A DNA stretch of 64,000 nucleotides from an uncultured Arcobacter sp. (GTDB lineage Bacteria; Campylobacterota; Campylobacteria; Campylobacterales; Arcobacteraceae). How positions within the stretch are numbered: the first letter of the stretch is position 1; each line of letters starts with the position of its first letter. Positions 48,413 to 59,187 of this stretch are shown in pieces. Location: assembly GCA_965140705.1 (NCBI GenBank), contig OZ223300.1:160001-224000 (forward strand). Reading direction: 5' to 3'. The translations under genes and the position numbers were made by a program. Under the pieces are notes generated by a model. The model was not told where the DNA came from. It worked only from the letters and a program-made list of their open reading frames with translations, and ran no database searches.

Positions 48413-49297
48413 ATGCAAAAAAGAAGTACTTATAACAAAAATGTGCAAATAGCAAATGATGCTATGTATTATATATATGAGTATATCGATACGGATATCA
48501 ATATTGATGATTTGGCACTAAATTTTGGTATTAGTAAATTTCACTTGCATAAATTATTTAAAGAAGTTATGGGCATAAATATATATGAAACCATAAAATC
48601 AATACGACTACAAAAAGCCGCAAGTCTGCTTCTTACAAATAGATACTCAACTATAACTGAAATAGCCTCTATGTGTGGGTACTCTTCTCAAACTTCTTTT
48701 ATACGTGCTTTTAAAGAGAGATTTCATCAAACACCAAAGGTATGGAGAAATGGTGGAAGTGAAGAGTATTCAACAAGTATATTAAAAAACTCTTCAATGC
48801 TTTTATATGAAGAGAAGGGCTTTGAAAATATTGAACCAAAAATAATAAAATCAAAGGCTTTAAAGACTTATTATATAAGACAAAGGGGTTACTTAAAAGA
48901 AGATGTTGTAAGGCTATGGCAGAAACTTCAAGCTTGGGTTTATACAAATAATATAACCCAATACGATGAAATAGGAATATATCATGATAACCCAACCATT
49001 ACTCCCCACAATGAGTGTTTTTATGTGGCAGGTATTATTCCAAAGGCTGAAGTTGATTTATCAAATACAAGTCTTCCTATTTTTTACACTCCAGAGGCCT
49101 TATATGCTACCTTTGAGATAAAAGGAAAAATGGGAGATATTTTAAGATTTATACAATGGGCATATCAAGAGTGGCTTCCCAAAAGTGGCTTTGAGACAAC
49201 AACAAATCCTCCTTATGTAATATTTAAAAAAAATCATTTTTTAAATGAAGATAGATTTTTTGAAGCAACTTATTATTTACCTATACAATATGTGTAA
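48413..49297 (+). CDS. AraC-family regulator with GyrI-like effector domain
   Basis: N-terminal AraC HTHs (SKFHLHKLF, GYSSQTSFIRAFK); YHDNP, WLPKSG; start at ATG 48413. Confidence 0.88.
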   Translation: MQKRSTYNKNVQIANDAMYYIYEYIDTDINIDDLALNFGISKFHLHKLFKEVMGINIYETIKSIRLQKAASLLLTNRYSTITEIASMCGYSSQTSFIRAFKERFHQTPKVWRNGGSEEYSTSILKNSSMLLYEEKGFENIEPKIIKSKALKTYYIRQRGYLKEDVVRLWQKLQAWVYTNNITQYDEIGIYHDNPTITPHNECFYVAGIIPKAEVDLSNTSLPIFYTPEALYATFEIKGKMGDILRFIQWAYQEWLPKSGFETTTNPPYVIFKKNHFLNEDRFFEATYYLPIQYV

Positions 49298-49315
49298 AAT
49301 TTGTTATAATTTTTT

Positions 49316-49696
49316 ATGATAAAAATAAACCACTTAGACCATCTTGTACTAACTGTTAAAAATATAGATGCTACCGTAGAGTTTTATACTCAGATTTTAG
49401 GTATGGAAAAAGAAGTTTTCAAAGGCTCACGAATTGCTTTAAAATATGGAAATCAGAAAATAAATCTACATGAATTAGGGAAAGAATTTGAACCTAAAGC
49501 TTTCAATGTAAAAGAGGGAAGTGCTGATTTATGTTTCATTGTAGATACTCCTGTAAAAGAAGTAAAAGAGTTCTTAGAATCAAAAAATATAGAGATTATA
49601 GAGGGAATAGTTCCAAGAACTGGTGCAATGGGACCTATTGAATCTGTTTATATAAGAGACCCTGATATGAATTTAATAGAGTTGTCAAATTATTAG
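49316..49696 (+). CDS. VOC/glyoxalase-family protein
   Basis: LDHLVLTV, GSADLCF, RTGA.G, RDPD.NLIE. Confidence 0.88.
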   Translation: MIKINHLDHLVLTVKNIDATVEFYTQILGMEKEVFKGSRIALKYGNQKINLHELGKEFEPKAFNVKEGSADLCFIVDTPVKEVKEFLESKNIEIIEGIVPRTGAMGPIESVYIRDPDMNLIELSNY

Positions 49697-50175
49697 AATT
49701 TGGTTTCATCATGATAAAACTCATTTACATCATTGAATCCTTCTAAAAAATAAAGGAAAAAGTTCACATCTTCAATTTCCTCTAAAGATATTTTTCCTTT
49801 TTGACTTGGCATTGTATCAAAGTGTCTTATTACTCCTTGAAGACAAATAGTTTTTGATTTATCTGGATAATATAAATAATCTTTTAGAAAATCAGCTGTT
49901 TCTTCTAAATGAAATTCAATATCTTCCATACTTCCAATTTGATGTTTTAGTCTATAAGATATCTCATTACCTGTTGGAGCTTTAAGATTTAGTAGTTTAT
50001 TATTTTCTTCAAAAAAATTTTTCATTAGTAGTTGAATATCCATAGATTTTACATGACAATTGTTACATTTTTGTTCAAAAATCTTCTCACCCTTAAGGTA
50101 TCTTTCTCTATCAAATTGATTAGGTAAAGCATAAATAAGATTTAGTGTTATAAGTAAAAGAGTTAATATTCGCAT
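49693..50175 (-). CDS. Monoheme cytochrome c
   Basis: Signal peptide, CNNCH, distal MP. Confidence 0.8.
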   Translation of the reverse strand: MRILTLLLITLNLIYALPNQFDRERYLKGEKIFEQKCNNCHVKSMDIQLLMKNFFEENNKLLNLKAPTGNEISYRLKHQIGSMEDIEFHLEETADFLKDYLYYPDKSKTICLQGVIRHFDTMPSQKGKISLEEIEDVNFFLYFLEGFNDVNEFYHDETKF

Positions 50176-50359
50176 GAGTACTCCTTCTTGTTATTTATTA
50201 TAATGAAATTATGTGTAATTGTAAAATTATAGTTGTATAAATAAGAAATTAAATAATTTATTCTAAGAAATAGTTTATTTTCTAATAAATATTATTATTT
50301 TATGTTGAAAAATATAATTTTTTTAGATACAATTAATAGATTTTACTAAAGAGAGTTGC

Positions 50360-51175
50360 ATGAGTATTCTAAAACAAATAATTTTTTTGTCATTTCTTCT
50401 AGTAGCAATTATGGTTGCTTGTGTATATTTATATATAAATCAAGATAAATTTGGAACAACTACTTTTTATACTCCCTTAATTTCTCAGAAAATAATCATT
50501 CCAGAAAAAACAGATGTTAATAAAGAAGAAATAGTAGAAGGACCATCTGAAAAAGTTGTACCACCAATAATTGAAGAACAAAAAGATGATGCTGTTATTG
50601 AAGAAAATACAGATGAAGATCAAAAAAAGATAGATGAAATAGAAAAGCCTGACATAGAAAATGCTGATATAATAGTAGATGACAAAAAAGAAGTTGTTAA
50701 TACTAAAAAAGTAGTAATACCTGAAGATAAAAAGATAGAAGAACTTTCTCATAAAATTCAACCTAAAAATATTCAAGATGATACTATCGAATCTAAAACA
50801 AATAAAAATAAAAAGACTCAAGATGAGATAAATGCAGTTATATCAAAAGACCATATCTTTTTCAAAAGATTAGGTACTGATATAACAGATGAAAGTTATA
50901 AAGTTGTAGAACAAATAGCAAAAATATTAAAAAATAATCCAAGTGTAAAAATAGAAATAGGTGGACATACAGATGCGAAAGGAGAAGCTGATGTTAATCA
51001 GTGGATATCTTTGCAAAGAGCAAAAAGTGTAAAAAAAGAGTTAGAAAAGCTTGGAATAGCAGAAGATAGAATTACAGCCGTTGGATATGGGGAGTCACAA
51101 CCTTTAGTTCCTAATGATAAAAACGGATATTCTTCTGAAAATAGAAGAGTTGAATTTAAAATAATAGAGGAATAA
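50360..51175 (+). CDS. Membrane-anchored OmpA/MotB-type peptidoglycan-binding protein
   Basis: IGGHTD..G...N..ISLQRA, GYGE..P, NRRVE. Confidence 0.85.
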   Translation: MSILKQIIFLSFLLVAIMVACVYLYINQDKFGTTTFYTPLISQKIIIPEKTDVNKEEIVEGPSEKVVPPIIEEQKDDAVIEENTDEDQKKIDEIEKPDIENADIIVDDKKEVVNTKKVVIPEDKKIEELSHKIQPKNIQDDTIESKTNKNKKTQDEINAVISKDHIFFKRLGTDITDESYKVVEQIAKILKNNPSVKIEIGGHTDAKGEADVNQWISLQRAKSVKKELEKLGIAEDRITAVGYGESQPLVPNDKNGYSSENRRVEFKIIEE

Positions 51176-51177
51176 GT

Positions 51178-51567
51178 ATGTTGATAATTGCTTCAAAAAT
51201 AGTTTTTTGGTTAATAGCTGTTGCTATACTTGCAATGTATATAGGATTCTTAATTGGGAAACTAAGATACAAAAAAAGACAAGTTTCTTATGAAATAAAT
51301 CCAATTTTAAGAAAACCAGGAAATATATATAATAAACCTTTTATTTTAGGAAATCCAAGACCTACGGGTAAAGATGATTTAAAAGCAATTGAAGGAATTG
51401 ACCATCAAATGGAGAATAAATTAAATGCTCTTGGAATATTCCATATTGAGCAAATTGCTAAGTGGAGTGAAAAGAATATTGATTGGATAGAAGAGTATTT
51501 TTCTATTGACAATAGAGTTACAGAAGAACAATGGGTAGAAAAAGCAAAAGAAATTATAAAAAGATAG
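51178..51567 (+). CDS. Membrane protein with HhH-like DDLK..IGI domain
   Basis: N-terminal TM; DDLKAIEGI...LNALGIFH..QIA.W. Confidence 0.6.
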   Translation: MLIIASKIVFWLIAVAILAMYIGFLIGKLRYKKRQVSYEINPILRKPGNIYNKPFILGNPRPTGKDDLKAIEGIDHQMENKLNALGIFHIEQIAKWSEKNIDWIEEYFSIDNRVTEEQWVEKAKEIIKR

Positions 51568-51570
51568 AGC

Positions 51571-52014
51571 TTATTTCTCTACCTTTTCTTTCATTAAATT
51601 TATAACACAAGTCTCAATCATCTCAAAAACTTTATCAAAACCTTCAAATCCATCAAAAAAATAAGGATCAGGTACATCTTGACCCTCATATCCAAAATCA
51701 CCTATTAATAAGGGATTTTGGCATCCTAAGTTTTTTAATGAAGCAATATTTTTAGAATCGAGTCCTACTATTAAATCAAATTTTTTAAAATCTTCTTTTT
51801 GCACTTGTCTTGCTTTGTAATTTGAAATATCAAGACCTTTGATTTTTGCTATTTTTTGAGAATCTGGACAAGGTGCTTCACCTATATGCCAAGAGCCTGT
51901 TCCACAAGAATCAATTTCTATATCATAGCTATTTTTTTTGGCATAATCCTTTGCAATAGCTTCTGCAAGTGGTGACCTACAAATATTCCCTAAACATACA
52001 AATAATATCTTCAT
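51571..52014 (-). CDS. Low-molecular-weight protein tyrosine phosphatase
   Basis: VCLGNICRSP, VPDPY. Confidence 0.92.
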   Translation of the reverse strand: MKILFVCLGNICRSPLAEAIAKDYAKKNSYDIEIDSCGTGSWHIGEAPCPDSQKIAKIKGLDISNYKARQVQKEDFKKFDLIVGLDSKNIASLKNLGCQNPLLIGDFGYEGQDVPDPYFFDGFEGFDKVFEMIETCVINLMKEKVEK

Positions 52015-52015
52015 A

Positions 52016-52732
52016 CTATTTTATACCCACGTCCAAATATTTTCTCATAAGTTGTATCTCTTTTAGGTCAATTACTTTAGAGATAAGTTCTTTGTTATCA
52101 TCTATAGTTACATCTCCAAAAGGGGTGATGATAGCTGAACTTTTAGCACAAGACTCATCTGAACTATCACTTGCAATTACAAAGCATTGGTTTGTAATTG
52201 CTAAGGCTCTTGTTAGAGTCTCATAATTATCTTTTCTTTTTGCTCCCCACATGGCAGGCACAAGGATAATATCTGCACCTTGAAGCTTTTTCCAATAATC
52301 TATAAATCTAAGTTCAAAACATATAAGAACACCTATTTTTAAATCCTCAAAATCAAAAAGTTTTACATCTTCTTCTCTTCCACTTTCAAAATATTTATTT
52401 TCATCATTTATTGCAAAGAGTTTTATTTTTGATTGTTTATGTAGGATTTTACCCTTATGAAAGATATAAAAAGTATTGAAGTAATCTTCACACTCTTTAT
52501 TTGTCATAGTAAGACATATTGTTCTTTCTTTTGAAAGTGAAGTTAGTTTATCTATAGCAGTTCTAGCGAACTTTCCTGCTTCTATTATTCTCCCATAAGC
52601 ATAGCCTGTAAGGCATAATTCGGGCGCTAAAATAAAAGAGTCCTTTGGTGTTTGTAAAATAAGTTCTTCAAGATGATTTAAATTATCTTGAAAGTTTGTG
52701 CTAGGTTTAGTTTGTAGTGTTACTAAGTTCAT
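52016..52732 (-). CDS. Carbon-nitrogen hydrolase (nitrilase superfamily)
   Basis: APEL, K..LF, ICFELRF catalytic triad. Confidence 0.88.
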   Translation of the reverse strand: MNLVTLQTKPSTNFQDNLNHLEELILQTPKDSFILAPELCLTGYAYGRIIEAGKFARTAIDKLTSLSKERTICLTMTNKECEDYFNTFYIFHKGKILHKQSKIKLFAINDENKYFESGREEDVKLFDFEDLKIGVLICFELRFIDYWKKLQGADIILVPAMWGAKRKDNYETLTRALAITNQCFVIASDSSDESCAKSSAIITPFGDVTIDDNKELISKVIDLKEIQLMRKYLDVGIK

Positions 52733-54110
52733 TTTTACTTCTTAAAATTAATTCGTTTATTTTCTTTTCATAAAGTTTTGCAACTTCAAGGTCTGTTGAT
52801 TCAAATCTCGTCACAAGTACAGGTGTTGTATTTGAAGCTCTAACTAAGCCCCAACCTTGCTCAAAAATAACTCTTACACCATCTACTTCTATGATATCTA
52901 AGATTTTAGGAAAGTCATCTCCTACCGTGATTAGATTCTTTTTGATTTGGTGCATTAAAAGAAATTTTTCTTCTTCTGTGGTCTCTACTTTTATCTCTTC
53001 TGTTGAATACACTTTTGGTAAAGAGTCTATCTCTTTATCAATATCCATCCCATTTTGGATAAGCTCTAAAATTCTAAATGTTGCATAAATAGCATCATCA
53101 AAACCATAATATCTATCATTGAAAAAGATATGTCCAGATACTTCTGCTGCCATATCAGCATTTAGCTCTTTTAATTTTACTTTTAAGTTTGAATGTCCTG
53201 TTTTATACATAACAGCAGTACCATTTTCATTGATTCTATCATACATGATTTGAGTACATTTTACTTCACCAATGATTACTGGATTATTCATAGTTTTTGC
53301 AAAAAGCAGTGCCATAATATCGCCTTTTACATTATGATTTTTAGTTAAAAATGCAATTCTATCTGCATCTCCATCATAAGCAAAACCATATTCATAGTTA
53401 CCTTTTAATTTTTCAATAACATCTTTTAGGTTTTTTTCTTCACTTGGATCTGGATGGTGATTTGGAAAAGTTCCATCTGGTTCGCAATATAGTGCATCAT
53501 AATTTAATTCTAAGGCATCTAAAATATCAGTTAAAACAGTATCAGCAACGCCATTACCACAATCAATAATAAATCTTTGTTTCATACCTTTAAGATGTGC
53601 AAATTCTGTTATCATATAGTTTTTATAGATACTTTTTACATCTATTTCTTTATAATTTTCATTATCTTCAATACTCATATTTTGGTTATTAATAATCTCT
53701 TCACCCATAGAATAAATATCCTCACCAAAAAATGGTGCATTGTTAATAGTTATTTTAAAGCCATTATAAGGACTTGGATTGTGGCTACCTGTTATCATAA
53801 CTGAAGCATCTGGTTTTACTCCATCAAACTCTTGAAAAGAAGCAAAATAGTTAACTCCTGTAGCCACCATTCCCATACCTAAAACTTTGCAGCCTGCTTT
53901 GTTAAATCCAGAAGTAAGATAAGAAAATAGTTCAGGTGAGTGAGTTCTTGCATCATATCCAATTACCACAACTGGTTCTTGTACATTTGTTCTTTTTATA
54001 GCTTCTAATCCCAAATAGTAACCTATAAGTTTTGAACTTTGTTCATTTAGTTCATCTCCTACAATTCCTCTAATATCATACTCTCTAAAAATACTTTTAT
54101 TTATCATCAT
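52707..54110 (-). CDS. Phosphomannomutase/phosphoglucomutase
   Basis: FREYDIRG, TGSHNP, DGDADR, RASNT. Confidence 0.93.
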   Translation of the reverse strand: MMINKSIFREYDIRGIVGDELNEQSSKLIGYYLGLEAIKRTNVQEPVVVIGYDARTHSPELFSYLTSGFNKAGCKVLGMGMVATGVNYFASFQEFDGVKPDASVMITGSHNPSPYNGFKITINNAPFFGEDIYSMGEEIINNQNMSIEDNENYKEIDVKSIYKNYMITEFAHLKGMKQRFIIDCGNGVADTVLTDILDALELNYDALYCEPDGTFPNHHPDPSEEKNLKDVIEKLKGNYEYGFAYDGDADRIAFLTKNHNVKGDIMALLFAKTMNNPVIIGEVKCTQIMYDRINENGTAVMYKTGHSNLKVKLKELNADMAAEVSGHIFFNDRYYGFDDAIYATFRILELIQNGMDIDKEIDSLPKVYSTEEIKVETTEEEKFLLMHQIKKNLITVGDDFPKILDIIEVDGVRVIFEQGWGLVRASNTTPVLVTRFESTDLEVAKLYEKKINELILRSKNELSNTTN

Positions 54111-54216
54111 CTTCGCTTTTTTTATTTTGATTATAGCAAAAAAGTATTTATATTACATTTGCTATGGGGAGTATTTTCTAAAGCTAAGAGTTGTTATAAT
54201 CTTGGAAAGGAATATT

Positions 54217-54846
54217 ATGCTAGAACTATCAAATCTTTATATGTTTATACTTGCTTCATTCTTATTATGTTTAGCTCCAGGACCTGATAATATTTATGTT
54301 TTAACCCAAGGTATGACAAAAAGTAAAAAAGCAGCTCTCGTTACAACTTTAGGCTTATGTACAGGACTTATTATTCATACAAGTGCAGCAGCTTTTGGAA
54401 TATCTGTTATTTTTAAAACTTCAGAAATAGCTTTCAATATTGTAAAATTTGCAGGTGCAGCTTACTTGTTGTATATTGCTTTTCAAGTTTTTAAATATAG
54501 AAATGAACCTCTTGATTTATCGGTTCAAAACTCATCAAATGAACTTAAAAAACTTTATATAAAAGGTTTTTTTATGAATGTTTTAAATCCAAAGGTTTCT
54601 ATATTTTTCTTAGCTTTTTTGCCTCAATTTGTTAGCCCAGAGAATGGGAGTGTTCCTATGCAAATGATAATATTAGGTTTAGTATTTATGGCTTTGACAA
54701 TTATTGTTTTTTCATCTATTGGAATTGCTGGAAATCTTTTAAGTGCAAAATTAATACAAAAACCAAGTATTGTAAAATATATGAATATTATGACTTCATT
54801 TGTTTTAGGTGGCTTGGCTATAAAGTTAGCTTTATCTCAAAGATAG
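54217..54846 (+). CDS. LysE/RhtB-family exporter
   Basis: APGPD, LNPKV..FFLAFLPQF; start at ATG 54217. Confidence 0.88.
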   Translation: MLELSNLYMFILASFLLCLAPGPDNIYVLTQGMTKSKKAALVTTLGLCTGLIIHTSAAAFGISVIFKTSEIAFNIVKFAGAAYLLYIAFQVFKYRNEPLDLSVQNSSNELKKLYIKGFFMNVLNPKVSIFFLAFLPQFVSPENGSVPMQMIILGLVFMALTIIVFSSIGIAGNLLSAKLIQKPSIVKYMNIMTSFVLGGLAIKLALSQR

Positions 54847-54854
54847 GAGAGTTC

Positions 54855-56087
54855 CTATCTTATTTGTCCATTTCCATAAACTTTAAATTTAAAAGTTGTT
54901 AGATCATTGATTCCCATTGGTCCTCTTGAATGAAGTTTATTTGTTGAAATCCCAACCTCAGCACCGAGTCCAAAAGCACCACCATCTGTAAATCTTGTAC
55001 TTGCATTTGCATATACACAAGCAGAATCAACCTCATCTAAAAATTTATTTATACTACTATAGTTTTCACTTATTATTGCTTCTGAGTGACCTGACCCATG
55101 TTTTGCAATGTGAGATATTGCTTCCTCTATGTTTTTTACAACTTTTATAGATAAAATATTTGCTAAATATTCTGTATCATAATCATTTTCACTTGCACTA
55201 TGTATATCTATATAATTTCTTGTGATACTACAACCTCGTAGTTCCGTACCATTTTGCATAAAGGCTTCATGTAATGGTGGTAAAATATATGCTGCTACAT
55301 CTCTATGAATTAGAAGTGTTTCTAAAGCATTACATGCACTTGGTCTTGAGCATTTTGCATTTATAGATATTGCTATTGCTTTTTCATGGTTTGCATCTTT
55401 ATCAATATATGTATGGCAAACTCCCTTATCATGTTTTACAACAGGAACAGTAGCATTTTCACTTACATATTTTATTAAGGCTTCTCCACCTCTTGGAACT
55501 ATTAAATCCACATATTTGTCTTGTTTTATTAAAAAAGCTACTCCCTCCCTTGAAGAGTCAGGAAGTAATGAAATAGCATTTTGTGGAAGGCCATTATCAT
55601 CTAATACTTTTCTCAAAATTGTTGCTATTGCTTTATTTGAATGTTCTGCTTCTTTTCCACCTTTTAAAACACAAACATTTCCACTTTTAAAACAAAGGGC
55701 TGCTGTATCACTTGTAACATTTGGTCTACTTTCATAAATAATTCCAATAACACCAATTGGGATAGATACTTTTTGAATATTTAATCCATCTTCAGTGACC
55801 CAGCCATCAAGTGTTCTTCCTACTGGTTCTTTTAGTGCTGCTATTTCTTTTATAGCTTTTGCCATATCCATTACTCTATTCCCTGTTAGGAGTAATCTAT
55901 CCATTAAGGCAGCATCTAAGTTATTTACCCTTGCATTCTCCATATCTTTTTCATTGTGGTTAATTATGTAATCACAGTGTTCAATAATAGCCTCAGCCAT
56001 TTGATTTAGAACTTTGTTTTTTATTTCACCACTAAGTGTTGAGATATGTCTGCTTGTCTTTTTTGCTTCTATTAAAAATTGTTGCAT
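54855..56087 (-). CDS. proA: Gamma-glutamyl phosphate reductase
   Basis: IYESRPNVT, CNALET, NASTRFTDG, ISTNKLHSRGPMG. Confidence 0.96.
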   Translation of the reverse strand: MQQFLIEAKKTSRHISTLSGEIKNKVLNQMAEAIIEHCDYIINHNEKDMENARVNNLDAALMDRLLLTGNRVMDMAKAIKEIAALKEPVGRTLDGWVTEDGLNIQKVSIPIGVIGIIYESRPNVTSDTAALCFKSGNVCVLKGGKEAEHSNKAIATILRKVLDDNGLPQNAISLLPDSSREGVAFLIKQDKYVDLIVPRGGEALIKYVSENATVPVVKHDKGVCHTYIDKDANHEKAIAISINAKCSRPSACNALETLLIHRDVAAYILPPLHEAFMQNGTELRGCSITRNYIDIHSASENDYDTEYLANILSIKVVKNIEEAISHIAKHGSGHSEAIISENYSSINKFLDEVDSACVYANASTRFTDGGAFGLGAEVGISTNKLHSRGPMGINDLTTFKFKVYGNGQIR

Positions 56088-56143
56088 GAAATTCTCTTTT
56101 CTAATAAGTTGTATATATTTTGACTATTTTAGCTAAAAAATCT

Positions 56144-58081
56144 TTAACTATTTTTTTCAATATTTAAAATTGTATTTTTTAAAGTACTAATAACACTACT
56201 TTTATCAATCTCATTTAAATCCAAAATAAGATTAAATCCACTTTGTTCCTCTATAATTGTACTATTACTACTACTTGAAAGTACTTCATAGGTCTGAATA
56301 GGATGGGATATCCCTTTTACATTTAACTTTTCTCTTTTGATACATTTTATACTATCTTTAATAAACATATATGTTTCACTTGATATTAAAATCTCATCGG
56401 GGCTTGCATTTGATTCTAATCTAGAAGCTAAGTTCACAACTCCTCCTATAATAGTATAATCGAGTCTATTTTTAGAACCAAAGTTTCCAACTGTACAATA
56501 CCCACTATTTATTCCCATTCTTATATGAACAGGTTTACTTATTCCATCTTTTTGCCATTTAATACGTAGTTCTCCCATGGCTTCTTTCATTTCTATTGCC
56601 ATATTTATACAAGAAATAGCATCTTTAGTTTTACCTTTTGAAAGTGGATCTCCAAAGAAAACCATAATAGAATCACCTATATATTTATCTATAGTTCCTC
56701 CATGTTTTATGGCAATACTTGACATGATATCTAAGTATTCATTTAAAAGTTGTGTTAATGTTTCTGTTTCAACACTATCTGTAAAGTCTGTAAAACCTTG
56801 TATATCTGAAAAGAAGACAGTTAAATATTTTCTTTTAGATTCCAATTGAACATCTTGTTTTCCACTAAAAATTGATTCAAAGATTTGAGGCGACAAATAT
56901 TTAGAAAGTTTATTTGATAAATTTTCTAAAGTATCTTTTTGTTCTTGTATATTTATAAGAGCAGTTTGTAATTCATTTGTTCTACTTTTTATTCTTTGTT
57001 CTAGGGTATTTTGATTCTCTTTTATATTTTGAGACATGTTATTAAATGTTTTTGCTATTTCATTAAACTCTTTATCTTCATGGATACTTATATTAGCATC
57101 ATAATCCCCATTTTTCAGCTTTTGTACACCTTTTCTCAATTTTTTTAGTATTATAGTAAGTCTTGAGGTAATATATAAAGTTAAAACAAAAGTAATAAAA
57201 ACAATACTTACTACTAGGGTAAATTCTAGGGTGGATAGATTATTTAAGAATTGATCAGTTATTTCTTCTATTTTTCTTTCAATTGAAACTGAAACTTGTT
57301 TGTTCTCTTTTAAGATAGAAATTAGTTCATTTACAAGAACTTTTTCTTGTTTTTCTATGTCACTTATAGTTAAAGCAATTTTACCAACTTTTTCTACGGT
57401 CTTTTTGTAATTGTTAAATAAACCAAATAACTCTTTCTCATCTTTTTTGAGTAGTTCAAAAATGATTTTATCTATAGAGTTTATCCATTTTTCGTATCTT
57501 TCTTTATCTTTGTGTTGATATAAAGTTTCTTTACTATAATATCTTAAATCACCAAATTCTTGAACCAAAGTTAGACTTTTTGTCTCTTTAATTAGTTTTT
57601 GCAGTTTATTTCTTGCTTCATCTTCTTTTGGATATAACTTTTTAAATATATCTTGGTGAAAAACATGTTTTTTTTGAAAGTTATATACTTTATCAAAAAT
57701 TAATTCAATGGTATGTTCATTTTCAAATAATTTAGTTAAATGATTTTTTACTTCATCATTTTGACGAATATTATGTATTATATTATCAACAAAATCTTTT
57801 TTGGTTTTTTTGAGAATTTGATCTTTTAGTAATTCAAATTTCTTTTCAAAGGAGTTGAAATTTTCTTTTATTTTATCTAAATTTTCTAGAGAACTTTCTA
57901 GAGTAGCTAAATTAATTAGTTCATTCATATCTTCTTGAATATTAATTAATTCAGAAACTTGCTTAGCAAAACTAGCGTTCTCTTTCATGTGATATGTTGT
58001 TATTAGGCTAAGAGAACTAATAGAAATAATAAATAGAATTAGTATAATAAAACTATAAATAACTTTTTTTCTTATATTCAT
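56144..58081 (-). CDS. Membrane class III adenylate/guanylate cyclase with HAMP domain
   Basis: FSDIQGFT, DKYIGD, GNFGS..RLDYT, VNLASRLE. Confidence 0.9.
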   Translation of the reverse strand: MNIRKKVIYSFIILILFIISISSLSLITTYHMKENASFAKQVSELINIQEDMNELINLATLESSLENLDKIKENFNSFEKKFELLKDQILKKTKKDFVDNIIHNIRQNDEVKNHLTKLFENEHTIELIFDKVYNFQKKHVFHQDIFKKLYPKEDEARNKLQKLIKETKSLTLVQEFGDLRYYSKETLYQHKDKERYEKWINSIDKIIFELLKKDEKELFGLFNNYKKTVEKVGKIALTISDIEKQEKVLVNELISILKENKQVSVSIERKIEEITDQFLNNLSTLEFTLVVSIVFITFVLTLYITSRLTIILKKLRKGVQKLKNGDYDANISIHEDKEFNEIAKTFNNMSQNIKENQNTLEQRIKSRTNELQTALINIQEQKDTLENLSNKLSKYLSPQIFESIFSGKQDVQLESKRKYLTVFFSDIQGFTDFTDSVETETLTQLLNEYLDIMSSIAIKHGGTIDKYIGDSIMVFFGDPLSKGKTKDAISCINMAIEMKEAMGELRIKWQKDGISKPVHIRMGINSGYCTVGNFGSKNRLDYTIIGGVVNLASRLESNASPDEILISSETYMFIKDSIKCIKREKLNVKGISHPIQTYEVLSSSSNSTIIEEQSGFNLILDLNEIDKSSVISTLKNTILNIEKNS

Positions 58082-58121
58082 ATGGGTCTCTTTATTATAA
58101 AATAATTAGACCCTAATGATA

Positions 58122-59096
58122 TTATATTTTTACTAAAAATCTTCCTGAAGCTTTACCATTAAGTAATGCATCATATGCATCTTTTATCTCATCCAATGAT
58201 ATTTCATTTGTAAGTTGTGCTAGATTTTCTATTTTAAACTCATCTGCAATTTTTTCCCAAGCTGCAATTTTTTTCTCAATTTTGCACTCAACTGAATCAA
58301 TACCAATAAGTCTAACTCCTCTTAAAATAAATGGAAATACATTTGTATTTAATGCAAAAGAAGAAGTTAATCCACAACAAGTAACCACACCATCATATCT
58401 AACTATTTTTAATGCTTCTGCTAAAATATTTCCACCAACTGTATCAATTACTCCATCAAATTTTTCACTTCCCATTGGTCTTTTATTTTCCACATCAAAG
58501 TCACTTCTTAGGATAACTTCACTTGCACCTAAATCTTTTAGGAATGGTATTTTATCCTCTTTACCACTAATTGCAGTTGTATTAAATCCAAGTTTATGTA
58601 GGATGCTTATTGCAATACTCCCAACTCCTCCTGTGGCTCCTGTAACTAAAATATTCCCTTTTGTTATTCCATTATTAAGTAATTCATTTACACTTAAAGC
58701 AGCAGTTAATCCAGCTGTTCCATAAGTCATAATTTCTCTATCTGTGATAGTATCTGGGATTTTAACTACCCATGAATCTGGAACCTTAACAAACTCTTGA
58801 TGACCACCATCTGTATTCATACCAAGATCATAACCCGTTACTAAAACTTTTTCTCCAATAGAAAATTTATCAGAATTTGACTTTTCAATTACACCTGCAA
58901 CATCAATACCTGTTACATGGGGAAAATTTCTTGTAACTCCTGGGTTTCCAACAGAACTTAAGGCGTCTTTGTAATTAAGTGAAGAGTATGTTGCTTTTAT
59001 TAAAACTTCATTTTCTCCAATTGTTGGGATATCTATATCTTTTAATCCTGATTGAAACTTTTTATCTTCTAATTTTTCTACTATATATGCTTTCAT
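58122..59096 (-). CDS. acuI: YhdH/AcuI-family acryloyl-CoA reductase-like oxidoreductase
   Basis: YSSLNYKDAL, GTAGLTA, TGATGGVGS, PFILRGV.L.GIDS; adjacent to dddY. Confidence 0.75.
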   Translation of the reverse strand: MKAYIVEKLEDKKFQSGLKDIDIPTIGENEVLIKATYSSLNYKDALSSVGNPGVTRNFPHVTGIDVAGVIEKSNSDKFSIGEKVLVTGYDLGMNTDGGHQEFVKVPDSWVVKIPDTITDREIMTYGTAGLTAALSVNELLNNGITKGNILVTGATGGVGSIAISILHKLGFNTTAISGKEDKIPFLKDLGASEVILRSDFDVENKRPMGSEKFDGVIDTVGGNILAEALKIVRYDGVVTCCGLTSSFALNTNVFPFILRGVRLIGIDSVECKIEKKIAAWEKIADEFKIENLAQLTNEISLDEIKDAYDALLNGKASGRFLVKI

Positions 59097-59143
59097 ATTT
59101 ATCCTTTGTTTTTTTTTAGTCTATCATAAATATTATCTTCTAG

Positions 59144-59187
59144 CAAGAACTTACAAAAAAGAAATGTACTATCTAAAAAGATACTAT
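59144..59187. repeat. 44-bp direct repeat A / probable HxlR operator
   Basis: 39/44 identical to 60523-60566. Confidence 0.75.
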